A stretch of DNA of 58,930 bases from Longimicrobiales bacterium. Lineage in GTDB: Bacteria > Gemmatimonadota > Gemmatimonadetes > Longimicrobiales > RSA9. A model generated the notes under the pieces. It was given only the letters and a program-made list of their open reading frames with translations, was not told the origin of the DNA and searched no databases. Shown here one piece after another: positions 39,814 through 50,254 of the stretch. The DNA is taken from the NCBI GenBank assembly GCA_041568755.1, contig JBFFZF010000003.1, positions 1 through 58,930 of the forward strand. The letters run 5' to 3'. Each line of letters begins with the position of its first letter. Position 1 is the first letter of the stretch. A program made the position numbers and the translations under genes.

Positions 39814-41087
39814 GCGGCGCCGTCCTGCCACCGGCGGAACACCAGGCAGACGTTGTGCCCGCCGAACCCGAACGAGTTGGACAACGCGACATCCACCGGA
39901 CCGTCGATCCGGCGGTTGTGCGCGTAGTTCAGATCGCAGCCCGGATCGGGCGTCGAGAAGTTGATCGTGGGCGGGATGGCCCCATGGGCGCACACCAGCG
40001 CGCAGATCACGCCTTCCACGGCGCCGGCGGCGCCGAGCAGGTGGCCGGTCATGGATTTCGTGGAGCCCATCACCAGCTTGTATGCCTGATCCCCGAAGAC
40101 GGCTTTCACCGCCTGCGTCTCGTTCAGGTCGTTCATGGGTGTCGACGTGCCGTGCGCGTTGATGTATCCGACGTCCGCGGGCTGCAGGCAGGCGTCCTTC
40201 AGCGCGGCACGCATGGCGACCTGTGCCCCGGCCCCCTCCGGCGCCGGTGCGGTGAGGTGGTGGGCATCGGCACTCTGACCGAACCCTACGAACTCACCGA
40301 GGATGGCGGCGCCCCGTTTCAGCGCGTGCTCGAGGCTCTCGAGGATCAGCATCCCCGCGCCTTCCCCCATCACGAAGCCGTCCCGCGTGGCGTCGAACGG
40401 CCGGCTGGCCGTCTCCGGTGACTCGTTCCGCGTGGACAGCGCCTTCATGTTCGCGAAGCCGGCGATCGCGAGAGGCGTGACCGTGGCCTCGGTACCGCCC
40501 GCGACCATGATGTCGGCCTCACCGCGTTCGATGATCCGGTACGCGTCGCCCGCGGCATGCGCACTGGAAGCGCAGGCCGAAACCGTGCAGTAGTTGGGCC
40601 CGCGGAGGCCCCAGCGCATGGACACGTGGCCCGCCGCGATATCAGGAATGAACATCGGGATGAAGAAGGGGCTGATGCGTTTGGGACCCCTTTCGATCAT
40701 GGTGCGGCTCTGGTCCTCGAACGTCGCGATGCCGCCGATGCCACTGCCGATCAGGACGCCGATCCGATCGGGGTCGACCGCGTCGGGCAGCGGGTCGAGC
40801 CCGGCGTGCCGCAACGCTTCCGCGGCGGCGCCGATGGCGAAATGCGCGAACCGGTCCGTCCGGCGGGCCTCCTTCTTCTCCATGACCTGCTCGGGGTCGA
40901 AGCCCCTGACCTCCGCCGCAAACCGGACATCGAAATCGTCCGTGGCTTCGAACCGCGTGATGGGGCCGGCGCCGCTGCGGCCGGCCAGAAGGGCCTGCCA
41001 ACTGCTGTCGACGTCGTTCCCGACGGGCGTGATGAGCCCCATCCCCGTGATCACGACACGGTGGCCGCGTGCTGTCCTCGTCTGCAT
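39810..41087 (-). CDS. fabF: Beta-ketoacyl-ACP synthase II
   Basis: 'RVVITGMG', 'SPFFIP', 'SACAS', 'INAHGTST', 'KSMTGHLLGAAG', 'SNSFGFGGHN'. Confidence 0.97.
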   Translation of the reverse strand: MQTRTARGHRVVITGMGLITPVGNDVDSSWQALLAGRSGAGPITRFEATDDFDVRFAAEVRGFDPEQVMEKKEARRTDRFAHFAIGAAAEALRHAGLDPLPDAVDPDRIGVLIGSGIGGIATFEDQSRTMIERGPKRISPFFIPMFIPDIAAGHVSMRWGLRGPNYCTVSACASSAHAAGDAYRIIERGEADIMVAGGTEATVTPLAIAGFANMKALSTRNESPETASRPFDATRDGFVMGEGAGMLILESLEHALKRGAAILGEFVGFGQSADAHHLTAPAPEGAGAQVAMRAALKDACLQPADVGYINAHGTSTPMNDLNETQAVKAVFGDQAYKLVMGSTKSMTGHLLGAAGAVEGVICALVCAHGAIPPTINFSTPDPGCDLNYAHNRRIDGPVDVALSNSFGFGGHNVCLVFRRWQDGAA

Positions 41088-41123
41088 CGTTTCAGGATCG
41101 AACGTGGCTTGAGCCCGACCGGC

Positions 41124-41366
41124 TCACTCCACGCCCTTCTCCTTCAGGTAGCGAATGGCGTCGCCCACTTTCTGCAGGCTCTCGGCGTCCTCATCCGGGA
41201 TCTCGATCCCGAACTCCTCCTCGAACGCCATCACCAGCTCGACGGTGTCAAGCGAGTCCGCGCCCAGGTCCTCCACGAACGAGGCCTCAGGCGTCACCTT
41301 CTCCGGCTCGACTCCGAGCTCGTTGATGATGATCTCCTTCACCTTCGCCTCGGTGTTGTCCGCCAT
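41124..41366 (-). CDS. acpP: Acyl carrier protein
   Basis: '[27 protein letters not shown]'. Confidence 0.98.
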   Translation of the reverse strand: MADNTEAKVKEIIINELGVEPEKVTPEASFVEDLGADSLDTVELVMAFEEEFGIEIPDEDAESLQKVGDAIRYLKEKGVE

Positions 41367-41386
41367 TCTGTCCTCTCGGTTCGAGG

Positions 41387-42121
41387 TTAAACGACCATCC
41401 CGCCATCGACGACGATCACCTGTCCGGTAATATAACTGGCCGCCGGACCGGCCAGAAACCGAACGACGCCGGCCACATCCTCGGGGGCTCCCAGCCGGCC
41501 GAGGGCGATCTGGCCGACGAGCGCCGCACGGGCGTCTTCGCCCAGATCGGCAGTCATTTCGGTCTCAATAAACCCGGGTGCGACTGCGTTGCACAAGATC
41601 CCGCGCGAGGCGAGCTCGCGGGCGACGGACTTGGTCAATCCCACCATGCCCGCCTTGGACGCCGCGTAGTTGCTCTGGCCCCGGTTCCCGGTCAACCCGA
41701 CGACGCTCGTGATGTTGATGATCCGGCCGTCACGCCGACGCATCATGCCGCGCGCAGCGGCGCGGATCATGTGGAACGCGCCCTTGAGGTTCGTGTCGAG
41801 CACGCGGTCCCACGCCTCATCCGTCAGCCGTACGAGCACGTTGTCCATGGTGACGCCGGCGTTGTTCACGAGGATGTCGAGCGACCCCAGTTCGGACTCG
41901 ATGCGCCGGACCGCCTCATCGGCCGCGGCCGAGGCCGTCACATCACACGCCAGCCCGACGTGCCCCTCTCCCGGCAGCGAGGCGGCCGCCTGCCCGGCGC
42001 GATCGGCGTCGCGGGCCAGGACCGCGACGCGGGCGCCGGCCGCCGCGAGTCCGGCCGCGATCGCCACGCCGATGCCCCGGTTGCCTCCCGTCACGGCGGC
42101 GACACGTCCGGCGAGCTCCAT
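41387..42121 (-). CDS. fabG: 3-oxoacyl-ACP reductase
   Basis: 'VTGGNRGIG', 'LVNNAG', 'NYAASKAG', 'VAPGFIET', 'YITGQV.VDGG'. Confidence 0.95.
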   Translation of the reverse strand: MELAGRVAAVTGGNRGIGVAIAAGLAAAGARVAVLARDADRAGQAAASLPGEGHVGLACDVTASAAADEAVRRIESELGSLDILVNNAGVTMDNVLVRLTDEAWDRVLDTNLKGAFHMIRAAARGMMRRRDGRIINITSVVGLTGNRGQSNYAASKAGMVGLTKSVARELASRGILCNAVAPGFIETEMTADLGEDARAALVGQIALGRLGAPEDVAGVVRFLAGPAASYITGQVIVVDGGMVV

Positions 42122-42135
42122 CGCGTTCCCTTTCT

Positions 42136-43059
42136 CTAGGCGGTCGCGAAGGCGGCCACGTCCGGGGCCGTCCCGACACCGCGGCCCTGCGCGCCCCGCT
42201 CGATGCGTTTGAGCAGACCGGTCAGGACGGTGCCCGGTCCCAGTTCGACGAACTGCTGGACGCCGAGCGACAGCATGGTCCGGACGGACTCGGTCCAGCG
42301 CACCGGAGACGTCAGCTGGGCGGTCAGGAGCCGAAGCGCGGTCGCCGCGTCGTGGACGGGCGCCGCGGTCACATTGGAGACGACCGGGAAGCGCGGGTCG
42401 GCGAACGGGACCTCGGCCAGGCGCTCGGCAAGCCCGGCCTCGGAGGCCCGCATGAGCGGGGAATGGAACGCGCCCGACACGTTCAGGCGGATGGCGCGGC
42501 GCGCGCCCGCGGCGGGCGCCGCTTCGAGCGCGCGCTCCACGGCCGCCACATCGCCGGAGATCACGGTCTGGCCGGGGCTGTTGTAGTTGGCCGGCACGCA
42601 CACCTCGTCGCCGGCGCTCGCCTCCCGGCACAGGGCGCGGACCGCCTCGTCCTCCAGGCCGAGCAGAGCGGCCATCGTCCCGGGCCGCTCATCGCCGCTG
42701 CGCAGCATGAGCTCACCGCGCTGGCGGACCGTGCGCAGCCCGTCCGCGAACGTGAGCGAGCCGGCCGAGACCCACGCGCTGTATTCGCCGAGCGAGTGGC
42801 CGGCAGCGCAGAGGACGGGTCCGAGTTCGGCTTCGACGCAGCGCAGCGCTGCGACCGAGTGCGTGAGGATGGCCGGTTGCGCGTTGTGCGTCAGCGTGAG
42901 CTCCGACTCCGGCCCTTCGGCGCACAGGCGGGACAGCGAGAACCCCAGCAGCGCATCGGCCTCTTCGAAGATCGCGCGCGCCGCTGCATGGGCCTGGCAC
43001 AGGTCCACGCCCATCCCCACGAACTGCGAACCCTGACCCGGGAATTGCAGCCCTACCAC
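42136..43059 (-). CDS. fabD: Malonyl-CoA-ACP transacylase
   Basis: 'FPGQGSQ', 'GHSLGEY', 'NYNSPGQTVISG', 'VSGAFHS', 'SPVRW'. Confidence 0.95.
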   Translation of the reverse strand: MVGLQFPGQGSQFVGMGVDLCQAHAAARAIFEEADALLGFSLSRLCAEGPESELTLTHNAQPAILTHSVAALRCVEAELGPVLCAAGHSLGEYSAWVSAGSLTFADGLRTVRQRGELMLRSGDERPGTMAALLGLEDEAVRALCREASAGDEVCVPANYNSPGQTVISGDVAAVERALEAAPAAGARRAIRLNVSGAFHSPLMRASEAGLAERLAEVPFADPRFPVVSNVTAAPVHDAATALRLLTAQLTSPVRWTESVRTMLSLGVQQFVELGPGTVLTGLLKRIERGAQGRGVGTAPDVAAFATA

Positions 43060-44045
43060 CGCACCACCGAAGAAGCCCACGTGAACCCGGCGCCGAACGC
43101 GACCAGGAGAACGTGCGCGCCCGGCTTGACGCGGCCTTCCTCGATCGCCTCATCGAGCGCGATAGGGATGGTCGCGGAACTCACGTTACCGTAGCGCTCC
43201 ACGTTCACGTACACCTTCTCCATGGGCACGCCGGCATAGCGGGCAGTCGCTTCGATGATGCGCAGGTTGGCCTGGTGCGGAATGAAGAGATCGATGTCGT
43301 CGCCGGTCAGTCCGGCCCGCGCCAGGGCCTGGTCGGACGCCTCCGCCATCGAGCGGACCGCGGCCTTGAAAACTTCGCGCCCGGCCATCTTGATCAGGTG
43401 GTCCTTCGCGGCGAGCCGCTCCTCGTTCATCGGCTCGAGCACGCCACCGGCCGGTCGCCACAGGAGTTCCGCGAGGGTGCCATCGGAGCGGATGAAGCTG
43501 GACAGCACGCCCCGCCCGTTCGTGCTGCGCCGCACCACCGCGGCGCCCGCACCATCACCGAACAGCACGCACGTGGCCCGGTCATCCCAGTCCACGATGC
43601 CGCTCATTTTCTCGGCGGCCACGACCAGCGCGATCTCGCCGCGGCCGGCCGCCAGGTACCCTTCCGCCACCTGGAGCGCGTAGATGAAGCCCGAGCAGGC
43701 CGCCGAGATGTCGAACGCGGCCGCGTGGCTCGCGCCCAGCCGGGCCTGGATATCGCACGCCGTGGCCGGCAGCAGCCGATCCGGTGTGGCCGTGGACACG
43801 ACGATGAGATCGACTTCGCCCGGCTGGACGCCGGCCCGGTCCATCGCGATGCGCGATGCCTCCGCGCCCATTTCAGCCGCGCCGATGGTGCACGGTGCGA
43901 TGCGCCGCTCGCGGATGCCCGTGCGTTCGAAGATCCACTCGTCCGTCGTGTCGACCATGGTTTCCAGATCGGCGTTCGACAGGACGCGCTCCGGGACCCA
44001 GCGGCCCGTTGATGCGATCTCGATCAACGGTTTCGGCGATCTCAT
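43053..44045 (-). CDS. fabH: Beta-ketoacyl-ACP synthase III
   Basis: 'EWIFERTGIRERR', 'AACSGF', 'LFGDGAGA', 'PHQANLRI', 'YGNVSSA', 'FGAGFTW'. Confidence 0.96.
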   Translation of the reverse strand: MRSPKPLIEIASTGRWVPERVLSNADLETMVDTTDEWIFERTGIRERRIAPCTIGAAEMGAEASRIAMDRAGVQPGEVDLIVVSTATPDRLLPATACDIQARLGASHAAAFDISAACSGFIYALQVAEGYLAAGRGEIALVVAAEKMSGIVDWDDRATCVLFGDGAGAAVVRRSTNGRGVLSSFIRSDGTLAELLWRPAGGVLEPMNEERLAAKDHLIKMAGREVFKAAVRSMAEASDQALARAGLTGDDIDLFIPHQANLRIIEATARYAGVPMEKVYVNVERYGNVSSATIPIALDEAIEEGRVKPGAHVLLVAFGAGFTWASSVVRW

Positions 44046-44105
44046 GCGTCCTCCCGACGCGAGGGTCTCAGGCCCGCCACGGTTCCGTCCGTTTCGTGCA
44101 GCGCG

Positions 44106-45098
44106 TCAGACGGCGGCCGTATCCGCCGCCGCGCCGATCGCCCGTTCCATGTGCCCGAGCATGCGGGTGTCGACTGCCTGGTGAGCGACACGGATGGCAT
44201 TGCGGATGGCGCGCGGCGGCGAGCCGCCGTGGCAGATGATCGTGATCCCGTTGACGCCGAGGAGCGGCGCACCGCCATACGACGTGTAATCGAAGCCCTC
44301 GAAGACACCGTCGAGGACATTCTGCGGGACGAGATCGTGGAGCTTCTCGCTGACCAGCCCGTGGAAGAACGCTGTGACGGATTCGTAGAACTTGAGCAGC
44401 ACGTTGCCCACGAAGCCATCTGCGACGAGCACGTCACACGGCCCGCGTATGATGTCGCGGCCCTCGACGTTGCCGACGAAATTCAGGTCCGTCGCGCGCA
44501 GCAGCCGGTGCGCCTCGAGCGTGCATTCATCGCCCTTCTCCGGCTCCTCGCCGATGTTGAGCAGGCCGACGCGGGGGTTGGGCCGGCGCCACGCATCCTC
44601 GACATAGATGGCGCCGAGCCGGGCGAACTGGACGAGGTGGGCCGGCTTGGAATCGACGTTCGCGCCCGCGTCGATCAGGAGCACCGGCAGGGTGGCCGTC
44701 GGCAGGATCGTGCCAATGGCCGGCCGATCCACGCCGGGCAGGCGCCGCAGGGCGAACAGCGAAGCGGCCATGACCGCACCCGTCGAGCCGGCGCTGATGA
44801 ACGCGTCCGCACGTCGCTCCTTGTGGAGGTCCAGGCCGATGACGATCGAGGACTGTGGCTTGCGCCGCACCGCGGCGGCCGCCCCTTCGCCCGGCAGGAT
44901 CGCGTCCGGTGCGTGCACGACCTCGATGCGGTCCCGGGGCGCCTCCGGCCAGCGCGCGAGTTCGGCCTCGATACGTGCCGCATCACCTACGAAGATGATG
45001 CCGAAATCATCCCGCAGTTCGCGCAACGCCGCGACGCCACCCTCAACCTCGATGGCCGGGTGGCGGTCCGTGCCCATGGCGTCCAGCGCGATGCGCAC
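44106..45098 (-). CDS. plsX: Phosphate acyltransferase
   Basis: 'IALDAMG', 'SAGSTGA', 'RPAI', 'DAGAN', 'LLNIGEE..KG', 'DGFVGN', 'YGGAPLLG'. Confidence 0.96.
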   Translation of the reverse strand: MRIALDAMGTDRHPAIEVEGGVAALRELRDDFGIIFVGDAARIEAELARWPEAPRDRIEVVHAPDAILPGEGAAAAVRRKPQSSIVIGLDLHKERRADAFISAGSTGAVMAASLFALRRLPGVDRPAIGTILPTATLPVLLIDAGANVDSKPAHLVQFARLGAIYVEDAWRRPNPRVGLLNIGEEPEKGDECTLEAHRLLRATDLNFVGNVEGRDIIRGPCDVLVADGFVGNVLLKFYESVTAFFHGLVSEKLHDLVPQNVLDGVFEGFDYTSYGGAPLLGVNGITIICHGGSPPRAIRNAIRVAHQAVDTRMLGHMERAIGAAADTAAV

Positions 45099-45108
45099 GG
45101 CGGGCTCC

Positions 45109-45291
45109 TCAGAGCTCCTCGATCTCGATCACCTGCTCCCCTTTGTACGTTCCACAGGTGGGGCAGACGCGGTGCGGGATCTTCGGGTCGCCACATTTCT
45201 GGCAGCGCTGGATCGTCGGCATGGCGGCCTTCATCGCGCCACGTCGTTTCCGCTTGCGCTGTTTCGAGACTCGTTTTTTCGGGACTGCCAC
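45109..45291 (-). CDS. rpmF: 50S ribosomal protein L32 (Zn-binding form)
   Basis: '(M)AVPKKRVSKQRKRKRR...CQKCG...HRVCPTCG'. Confidence 0.95.
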   Translation of the reverse strand: MAVPKKRVSKQRKRKRRGAMKAAMPTIQRCQKCGDPKIPHRVCPTCGTYKGEQVIEIEEL

Positions 45292-45310
45292 GGATTCCCC
45301 CGGGTTGGGT

Positions 45311-45817
45311 TCACTGGACCAGGCGGCGCAGGGCCGCCCACCTCTCATCGCCCACCGTCTGCGTGCAACCGCACGTCGCCACGTTGAGATCGACTCCGCA
45401 CGCCTGGCACCTGCCACGGCACGCCTCGCGGCAGAGCGCGTAGCGCGGCGCGGCCAGGATCAGCGTCTGGCGCAGCGCATCGGTCAGGTCGAGCTCACGT
45501 CCCGCGTCCGGCAGGACATGGACCTCCTGCTCCTCCGCCTGGGCCGCGTCGATGCCCGCGCGGAACACGAGCAGCACGGTCTCCTCGATGCCGCTCCGCG
45601 TCTCCGCGAGGCAGCGCCTGCACTCCCCGCGCACCTGCCCCTTCACGCTCCCGCGGACGACCACATCCGGGCCGGCCCTGCGCGCCTCGAGGTGGACCTC
45701 GAAGCCCGTCGCCGGCTCGATGCCGACGTCCGCCCAAAGCGGTTCGGCGGGGCCCAGGTCGACGTCGATCCGCTCGCTTCCCAGCCTGTCCAGCCGGGCC
45801 AGATCGACTCTCAGCAT
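45311..45817 (-). CDS. YceD/DUF177 family protein
   Basis: 'CRRCL' and 'LCREACRGRCQACGVDLN...C.C..DERWAAL'. Conserved position before rpmF. Confidence 0.9.
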   Translation of the reverse strand: MLRVDLARLDRLGSERIDVDLGPAEPLWADVGIEPATGFEVHLEARRAGPDVVVRGSVKGQVRGECRRCLAETRSGIEETVLLVFRAGIDAAQAEEQEVHVLPDAGRELDLTDALRQTLILAAPRYALCREACRGRCQACGVDLNVATCGCTQTVGDERWAALRRLVQ

Positions 45818-45825
45818 AGTCGTGT

Positions 45826-45854
45826 AAGATGCTGAAAAACCTAGCGCTGGTCAA
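45826..45854 (-). promoter_or_regulatory. Sigma70-type promoter for yceD-rpmF-plsX-fab
   Basis: Minus strand TTGACC-N17-CATCTT, ending 8 nt before the yceD ATG. Confidence 0.55.
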
Positions 45855-45862
45855 CGGCAGGT

Positions 45863-46288
45863 TCAGGCTGCGGGAGGCCGGTCTCCCTCGGCGAAAAAGA
45901 AGCCGATTTCCCGGCTCGCGTTGTCGTCGGAGTCGGAGGCATGGATCGCGTTCCGCTCCTTGGACTCGGCGTAGAGGGCGCGGACGGTGCCTGCGGCCGC
46001 CTCGGCGGGGTCGGTCGCCCCGATGACCCGGCGCAGGGCGGCGACGGCGTCGTCGCGCTGCAGGACGACCGGGATGCACGGCCCGGAGGTCATGAAGCGC
46101 ACGAGCGGCTCGAAGAAGGGGCGCTCCCGGTGAACGGCGTAGAAGGCCCTGGCCTGGGCATCCGACAGCCACAGCATGCGGATGGCGCGGATCCGGAACC
46201 CCTCCTTTTCGAGGTGTGCGAGGATGCGGCCGGCGACGGCCTTGCCGACGGCGTCCGGTTTGATGATGGCGAGCGTGTGATCCATCAT
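45863..46288 (-). CDS. ndk: Nucleoside diphosphate kinase
   Basis: 'TLAIIKPDAV', 'FYAVHRERPFF', 'FMTSGP', 'GATDP', 'NAIHASDS'. Confidence 0.96.
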   Translation of the reverse strand: MMDHTLAIIKPDAVGKAVAGRILAHLEKEGFRIRAIRMLWLSDAQARAFYAVHRERPFFEPLVRFMTSGPCIPVVLQRDDAVAALRRVIGATDPAEAAAGTVRALYAESKERNAIHASDSDDNASREIGFFFAEGDRPPAA

Positions 46289-46293
46289 GGGCG

Positions 46294-47157
46294 TCAACGT
46301 CCATAGAGCTGGTTGAGGATGTCGCTGCGGCTGATCACGCCGCTGAGGCGACCTTCGGTGACGACGGGAAACATGTCCAGGTCCTTGCTGACCATCAGCC
46401 GGGCGGCCTCCTCGAGGTCGGTGTTTTCCGCGATGCACATGACCGACCGCGTCATGACGTCCCGTACGCTGAGGGGTGGAAGCAGCCCCCCGGTCTCGGG
46501 GTCCCGGGTCCGGGGCCGGGCCTGCAGCATGCTGTCCAGCACGTCGCCCTCGCCCACGATGCCGAGCACTTCGCCCTTGGGTCCGGTGACGGGGAGCGCC
46601 CGCAGCCCGGTCCGGGCGAGCCGGGCCACGATGTCGCGGACGCTCATGTCCGGTGAGACCGGGCTGATTTCCCGGGTCATGACATCGCCCACCACGAGGT
46701 GCGGCTGGACGGACAGCGCGGCGAGCTCGCTCATCGCCATGACATCGGCGGCGGAGCCGGCCGACAGCAGCCGCTCGACGACGGTCTCCTGGCGGAACAC
46801 GCGGGCCAGGGCGGACACGGCGCGCAGGTAGGCGGTCGCACTCTCGGTCGGCGCCAGGACCAGGGCGACGATGCGCACCCGGTGTTCGCCGATGGCGAGC
46901 GGCTCGGGCGCCACGCCGAGGGCGACGACCAGACCGGTGACGGCATCGGTCCGGAAGTGGGGCAGGACGACGTCATGGGAGACGACGACGGTCGCCCGGT
47001 TCGGGCTCGCGCTGATCCCCTCCTCCAGGGAGGCGCGGTCGCGCAGCGAACCGGACTGGTCGAGCCGTTCGATCAGGGCATCGAGGGCCGCCTGGAGCGT
47101 GGGGCCCGGCAGCGGCACGACGATGTGATCGGGATCGAGCAACGCGATCGGTTTCAT
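46294..47157 (-). CDS. PTS EIIA type-2 domain fused to a CBS pair
   Basis: N-terminal EIIA-like 'ATVVVSHDVVLPHFRT..LVVALG'. C-terminal CBS pair ('VGDVMTR', 'VRDVMTR', 'GVISRSDIL'). Confidence 0.8.
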   Translation of the reverse strand: MKPIALLDPDHIVVPLPGPTLQAALDALIERLDQSGSLRDRASLEEGISASPNRATVVVSHDVVLPHFRTDAVTGLVVALGVAPEPLAIGEHRVRIVALVLAPTESATAYLRAVSALARVFRQETVVERLLSAGSAADVMAMSELAALSVQPHLVVGDVMTREISPVSPDMSVRDIVARLARTGLRALPVTGPKGEVLGIVGEGDVLDSMLQARPRTRDPETGGLLPPLSVRDVMTRSVMCIAENTDLEEAARLMVSKDLDMFPVVTEGRLSGVISRSDILNQLYGR

Positions 47158-47175
47158 AGGGGTTCCGCGCGCGGC

Positions 47176-48057
47176 TCAGAGCCTCTTCTGCACCAGGCCG
47201 ACGACATCCGACGGCTTGCCGGCAACGCCGATGCCGCAGCTCCGGAACGTGTCGATCTTCTCGGCCGCGGTTCCGGCCGACCCGCTGATGATGGCCCCGG
47301 CGTGGCCCATGCGGCGCCCCGGCGGCGCCGTCTGCCCGGCGATGAAGCCGACCACGGGCTTGGACATTCGGTCGCGGACGAAGTGGGCAGCCTCCTGCTC
47401 ATCGGTGCCGCCGATCTCCCCGATCATGACGACGGCGCGGGTTTCCGGGTCCGCCTCGAAGGCGGCGAGGCAATCGATGAACGAGGTGCCGATGATCGGG
47501 TCGCCGCCGATGCCGACGCAGGTCGTCTGGCCGATCCCGGCGCGGGTGAGCTGGTGGACCAGTTCGTAGGTGAGCGTGCCCGATCGGGAGACGAGACCCA
47601 CAGGGCCGGGCGAGGCGATGTGGCCCGGCATGATGCCGACCCTGGCTTTGCCGGGCGACAGCAGACCGGGGCAGTTGGGTCCCACCAGACGGGCGCCGTG
47701 GTCCTGGACGTAGGTCCAGACGCGGGTCATGTCGAGCACGGGGATGCCCTCCGTTATGGCGACGACGAGCGGGACGCCGGCCCCGACCGCCTCCATGATC
47801 GCGTCCGCGGCAAAGGCCGGCGGCACGTAGATCACGGATGCGTTGGCGCCGGTGGCGGCCACGGCGGCGTCCATGGTGTCGAAGATGGGCACGGTCTGCC
47901 CGTCGGGACCGTCGAAGGACTGCCCGCCCTTGCCGGGCGTCACACCGGCCACGACCAGGGTGCCGTACTCGAGCATCTGGCGGGTGTGGAACGAGCCGTC
48001 GCGGCCCGTGATGCCCTGAACGACCAGGCGCGTGTTCTGATCGACGAAGATCGCCAT
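47176..48057 (-). CDS. sucD: Succinyl-CoA synthetase alpha subunit
   Basis: 'QGITG', 'GVTPGKGG', 'GPNCPG', 'SRSGTLTYE', 'GEIGG', 'RMGHAGA'. Confidence 0.97.
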   Translation of the reverse strand: MAIFVDQNTRLVVQGITGRDGSFHTRQMLEYGTLVVAGVTPGKGGQSFDGPDGQTVPIFDTMDAAVAATGANASVIYVPPAFAADAIMEAVGAGVPLVVAITEGIPVLDMTRVWTYVQDHGARLVGPNCPGLLSPGKARVGIMPGHIASPGPVGLVSRSGTLTYELVHQLTRAGIGQTTCVGIGGDPIIGTSFIDCLAAFEADPETRAVVMIGEIGGTDEQEAAHFVRDRMSKPVVGFIAGQTAPPGRRMGHAGAIISGSAGTAAEKIDTFRSCGIGVAGKPSDVVGLVQKRL

Positions 48058-48059
48058 GG

Positions 48060-49199
48060 CTACCTCCCCTCCCCGGCCAGCGCCACCGCCTTCTGCACGA
48101 CCTCATCCATCGACGTGGACGCGCTGTAACCGGCCCTTTCCAGGATCTCCACGGCCAGCTCCTCGTTCGTACCTGTGAGGCGGATGATCAGCGGCACGCG
48201 GATATCGATCTGACGTGTGGCTTCGACGATGCCGTTCGCCACGTCATCGCACCGTGTGATGCCGCCAAAAATATTGAAGCAGATCACACGCACGTTGGGG
48301 TCCGATGTGATGATCTGCAGTGCGACGACCACCTTCTCGGGATTCGATGAGCCGCCGATATCGAGGAAGTTCGCGGGCTCGCCGCCGTAGAACTTGATGA
48401 GATCCATCGTGGCCATGGCCAGGCCTGCGCCGTTGACCACGGCGCCGATGTCACCGTCCAGCTTGATGAACGTCAGGCCGGCTGCCCGCGCGGCCGTCTC
48501 AGCCGGCGGCTCGGCGGAGTCATCGCGCAACGCCGCGATCTCTTTCCTGCGGAACAGTTCGTTGTCATCGATGTTGAATTTCGCGTCGAGCGCCTTGACT
48601 TCGCCCGTCGGCGTCGTGATCAGCGGGTTGATCTCCGCGAGTGATGCGCCCGAGGAGACGAATGCCGTGTACAGCTGCCCGAGCAGCTTCGCGCAGGCCC
48701 GCTGCTGTGCGAAGTCGTCATACAGCGTGGTGGCCAGGCTGTAGGCCTGGTAGGGCAGCAGACCGAAACGCGGATCGACGGCCAGGCGCCGTATCGCCTT
48801 CGGATCGCGGGCGGCGACTTCTTCGATGTCCACGCCACCTTCGCGGCTGACCATGAAGACCGGCCGGCGTGAGGCCCGATCGACGATCACGCCTACGTAG
48901 GCTTCGCTCGCAATCTCCTCGGCCGGGGCCACGAGGACGCGATGTACAGTCAGCCCCTTGATGCTCATGCCCAGGATCCGGCTGGCGTGCTCGCGCGCTT
49001 CCTCGGGCGAGCCGGCCAGCTTCACGCCGCCCGCCTTGCCGCGTCCTCCGGCGTGGACCTGGGCCTTGATCACGACCCGTCCCCCGAAGCGCGCTGCCAG
49101 GTCCGCCGCTTCCGCGGGGGTCGTCGCCGTCTCCCCGGCGGGCACGGGCACGCCGTGCCTGCGCAGGATCTCGCGCGCCTGATACTCGTGTATGTTCAT
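48060..49199 (-). CDS. sucC: Succinyl-CoA synthetase beta subunit
   Basis: 'NIHEYQA', '[15 protein letters not shown]', 'EINPL', '[11 protein letters not shown]', '[10 protein letters not shown]'. TTG start. Confidence 0.97.
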   Translation of the reverse strand: MNIHEYQAREILRRHGVPVPAGETATTPAEAADLAARFGGRVVIKAQVHAGGRGKAGGVKLAGSPEEAREHASRILGMSIKGLTVHRVLVAPAEEIASEAYVGVIVDRASRRPVFMVSREGGVDIEEVAARDPKAIRRLAVDPRFGLLPYQAYSLATTLYDDFAQQRACAKLLGQLYTAFVSSGASLAEINPLITTPTGEVKALDAKFNIDDNELFRRKEIAALRDDSAEPPAETAARAAGLTFIKLDGDIGAVVNGAGLAMATMDLIKFYGGEPANFLDIGGSSNPEKVVVALQIITSDPNVRVICFNIFGGITRCDDVANGIVEATRQIDIRVPLIIRLTGTNEELAVEILERAGYSASTSMDEVVQKAVALAGEGR

Positions 49200-49257
49200 T
49201 CAGTCCGATCCGTTCGTTGCGTCTGCGTGGTCTCGTGCGACCGTCCAAAGTGCGGCC

Positions 49258-50220
49258 TCATCGCACGATCGTCGTTCCCGCCTCGCCGTGGACGGCGGTC
49301 AGGCCCTGATCGAGGCGGGCTATGATGGCACGCCGGCCGCCGCGGCGCACGAACTCGCCTGCGGCCTCGACCTTGGGCCGCATGGTCCCCTCACCGAATT
49401 CGCCTGCCCGGTCGAGCGCGTCGAGTTCCTCGAGCCGGACGCTGCGCAGCAGCTTCTGACGAGGACCGCCGTAACCGGCATACACGCCCTCCACGTTGGT
49501 CAGGATCAGGAGCGTCTCGGCGCCCAGGTCGCCCGCCAGCACAGCCGCGGCGCGGTCCTTGTCCACCACGGCATCGACACCTTCGAGACCGAGCGTCGCG
49601 TCCCGATACACGGGCGTGCCGCCACCGCCCGCGGCGATGACAATGACCTGCTCCTCCAGCAGGCCGCGCACGTGCCCTGCTTCCACGATCGCGCGCGGCA
49701 CGGGTGACGGCACCACGCGTCGCCACCCGCCCGCATGCTGCGCAACGGTCCAGCCGTGCGCCTTTGACATGGCGTGCGCGGCATCCGGCGACATCGAGTG
49801 CCCGATCGGTTTGGTCGGTCTGTCGAACGCCGGATCATCCGGGTCTACGACGATCTGCGTAACGAGCGTCACAACGCTGCGTGGCACGCCGCGGCGGTCG
49901 AGCGCGTTCTGCAACGACTGCTGGATCATGTACCCGATCCAGCCGGCGGTCGCGGCCACGAGTACGCCGAGCGGCAGAGGCGGACGCACGCTGCTCGCCA
50001 TTTCGTTGCGCAGCAGCTCATCACCGATCTGCGGGCCATTGCCATGTACGATGGCAATCCTCCAGCCGGCCTCGGCGAGCGCGACGATCGCGCCGAGGCT
50101 TTCCCGGGTGTGCGCGAACTGTTCGTGGATTTCGCCCCGTTCATCGGGTGGCTGCAGCGCGTTCCCGCCCAGGGCGATGACGATGGTCGGGGCACCGGCC
50201 GACCGGCGCGGTCGCGACAT
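49258..50220 (-). CDS. arcC: Carbamate kinase
   Basis: 'VIALGGNAL', 'HGNGPQIG', 'PTKPIG', 'WRRVVPSP', 'GGGGTP', 'AVVDKD', 'GTMRPKV'. Confidence 0.92.
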   Translation of the reverse strand: MSRPRRSAGAPTIVIALGGNALQPPDERGEIHEQFAHTRESLGAIVALAEAGWRIAIVHGNGPQIGDELLRNEMASSVRPPLPLGVLVAATAGWIGYMIQQSLQNALDRRGVPRSVVTLVTQIVVDPDDPAFDRPTKPIGHSMSPDAAHAMSKAHGWTVAQHAGGWRRVVPSPVPRAIVEAGHVRGLLEEQVIVIAAGGGGTPVYRDATLGLEGVDAVVDKDRAAAVLAGDLGAETLLILTNVEGVYAGYGGPRQKLLRSVRLEELDALDRAGEFGEGTMRPKVEAAGEFVRRGGRRAIIARLDQGLTAVHGEAGTTIVR

Positions 50221-50254
50221 TGTAGGTAGCCCTTCCCGCTCCAGCAAGCGGAAA

